This document shows, piece by piece, positions 62,165 to 64,000 of a stretch of DNA of 64,000 nucleotides. Position 1 is the stretch's first letter. Each line of letters starts with the position of its first letter. The DNA comes from Dudresnaya verticillata (lineage: Eukaryota), in contig OZ374558.1 of assembly GCA_977862235.1 (NCBI GenBank), forward strand, positions 620,001 to 684,000. Direction: 5' to 3'. Position numbers and translations under genes: made by a program. The notes below the pieces were generated by a model. That model saw nothing but the letters and a program-made list of their open reading frames with translations. It did not search any database and was not told the origin of the DNA.

Positions 62165-63096
62165 TGTGGTGCAAACGCGTCTGTTGACGGACGGACTGCA
62201 CCTCCGGGCCGTTCGTAGTCCGGTGGGTAACCGCTGGAAGCGGATAGATGTGGTAGAGCTAATGGAACTCGCCGAGGGCGGACTGCAAATGCCCTGGGCG
62301 GTAAAAGGAAAACAAGAGAACAAAAGGGGAAAACGAGGGCAGAGAGAAACACGTCGTGGACGCAGTGCACACGCGGAAGCGCGGTAGGTCAGACGTTTGG
62401 GCCTCAAGGCTAGCGGGTAGGCACTCGTACCGCGAGAAGGGTAGTCTGGACTAAGGCCGGCTTTCCGGGAGTTTACCTCAACGTCTGGGACGGATCAACT
62501 ATATAGATATAGAACTACCTAGCGGCGACGGTGTGTGCGTGCGCGCCGTTCGGGAACTCGGGACACGTGTTGTCCCGAGGTGCGTCTCACAAGTGCCGTC
62601 CGTCATGCAGCCGCGCGTCTGACAGATCACGCGAAGCTCGCCGCTTGAGTACTTACACGTACACGTGGATGTACCTCCCTACAGCCGCACTCGTCCTGTA
62701 GAGCGTGCGATCTTGATTCGTACTAATCCCGATCCAATCCGGATTCGGGCGAGCCATGCGGATGCGCCAGGCTTACAGGAGCGTGCCTTACACTTCCTGA
62801 TCCCCGATATCTGATCTCGATGCGGGATCCCGTTTGAATCCGGATCCGAGCCACGCTTACAGCAAACGTTCCCGCCACTGCGCCATGCGCGCACGCGTGG
62901 CGCCGTACAGTGCTGCGGCGCCGGGCGTGTGGTCTGTACGCCAAATGAGCCGTTCTGGCCCGGGGGCCAGCGGCATGCGTCGGTGACGTGTTTGCGCCGC
63001 TCGCGGGTTGAGCGCGTCGTTGGCGGTCGCCCGTTTGTAGACACGGACATATCAACTTGCTCAAAGCGAAAAGAGGGACCCACCCCTGGCACTACA
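62165..63096 (-). mobile_element. Solo LTR related to the element C LTRs (932 bp), TSD CCTTG/CCTCG
   Basis: TGTGGTGCAAACG at 62165 and GGCACTACA at 63096; shares AAGCCGGCCTT(A/G)GTCCAGACT, ACACG(T/C)GTCC(C/T)GAGTTCCCG and GGATCC clusters with the C LTRs. Confidence 0.88.
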
Positions 63097-63908
63097 CCTC
63101 GTTAACAATCCGTAACCGGCGCAGGGCCTGGAGCACTCAATCGGATCAAGCCAAGTGCCAGCAGCTGATACACCGTATCAACCTTCTAGGATTCCCACGA
63201 AGGCCAATGATTTCGACGAGCTAGAGCAGTTCCGTGTAGGGCAGGATGCGAATGGGCGCAGCGGCGCGGCAACGGCGAGGCATGATACGAACAGGGGCGG
63301 CGTAATGTGCCACACGGAATGAGGCCTCATTCCGCCGCGCCTGTTCGTAGCATACCGGTGCATCATACCGGTGCTGCACGGAGGCAACACACTTGTACGG
63401 AGACACATGTTACCGTGACGCGGCCGGCGGAGAAATGTCCGAGTTGACGTGAAAGCACGAGCACCGGAGAGCGGTGGTGGTGATGGGGGGTCGAGCGATC
63501 CTGGTGGGTTACGTGGTTGAAAATGCCGTCCAGGGGGCGGGAAGCTTCGCAGCGAAACAAAAGCGACAGGAGCGGAGCAGACGCAAGTTCGGAGTGGCTG
63601 TGTGCGGAAGCCGATGGGCCGCGGGAGAACCGCAGCAGATAACACGCGGCGGCAGCGGTGAAGAGGGCTGGAATAACAGGCGCTCCGACGGCGTCGGGCG
63701 CGCGCACAGGGAGAAGGCCGCGTTAGGCCAGCGGGGGGTTGTGACCGTTGCAACGGTGCCCTTAACCGCAACGGGTCACATGCGCGCGGCGGCGGAATCC
63801 CGTTTGGGTTTAAAAAGGGTTGTCCCGTTGCTTCATCGTCGGCGACCGCGCCAAATAATCCGGCTCTGGGGGGGCGCGGTGCGTGTTGCAGGTCCCCAAA
63901 TTCGCGAA

Positions 63909-64000
63909 TATGGATATCGAACTGACTATACTTGTAGCTGGAGGAAGCACTCCGTGGTCGGAGTGGTTTACTGAGGCGGCGCCGGGGAGGCGCACTCACC
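63909..64000 (-). repeat. Partial LTR of the Copia family (candidate 5' LTR)
   Basis: 11 mismatches in 92 nt against 56650-56741 (hand count). Confidence 0.8.

Larger units (their letters stand above)
56650..64000 (-). mobile_element. Decayed Ty1/Copia LTR retrotransposon
   Basis: gag-PR-INT-RT-RH order on the minus strand; LTR 56650-56968 and a related LTR starting at 63909 that runs off the window. Confidence 0.88.

Overview
Eukaryotic genomic DNA. A florideophyte red alga is plausible from the compact, apparently intronless GC-rich genes and the transposon types, but this is inference only. The first ~10 kb is a small gene island: two convergent paralogous bZIP genes and a tandem-Tudor gene, followed by a truncated pogo-like transposase. 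From ~10.55 kb to the end is a nested transposon block. It holds four decayed Ty3/Gypsy elements (A 10634-22710 minus, B 22711-31442 minus, C 31443-45051 plus, D remnant 45052-49779 plus; A, C and D end pol in a chromodomain), a fifth Gypsy integrase remnant, six solo LTRs with 5-bp TSDs, a full-length PIF/Harbinger transposon (52750-56110) and a decayed Copia element (56650 to the window end). The most notable observation is that all four Gypsy elements, although diverged, carry a large (~560-790 codon) gene ANTISENSE to pol, between pol and the 3' end of the element. The four proteins are homologous to one another (Trp/Tyr-rich core, disordered linker, short helical module, low-complexity tail), each has a poly(A)-like signal, and I cannot assign them to a known family. 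This is a candidate retrotransposon accessory system, possibly anti-silencing. All alignments and counts were done by eye and no database was searched.
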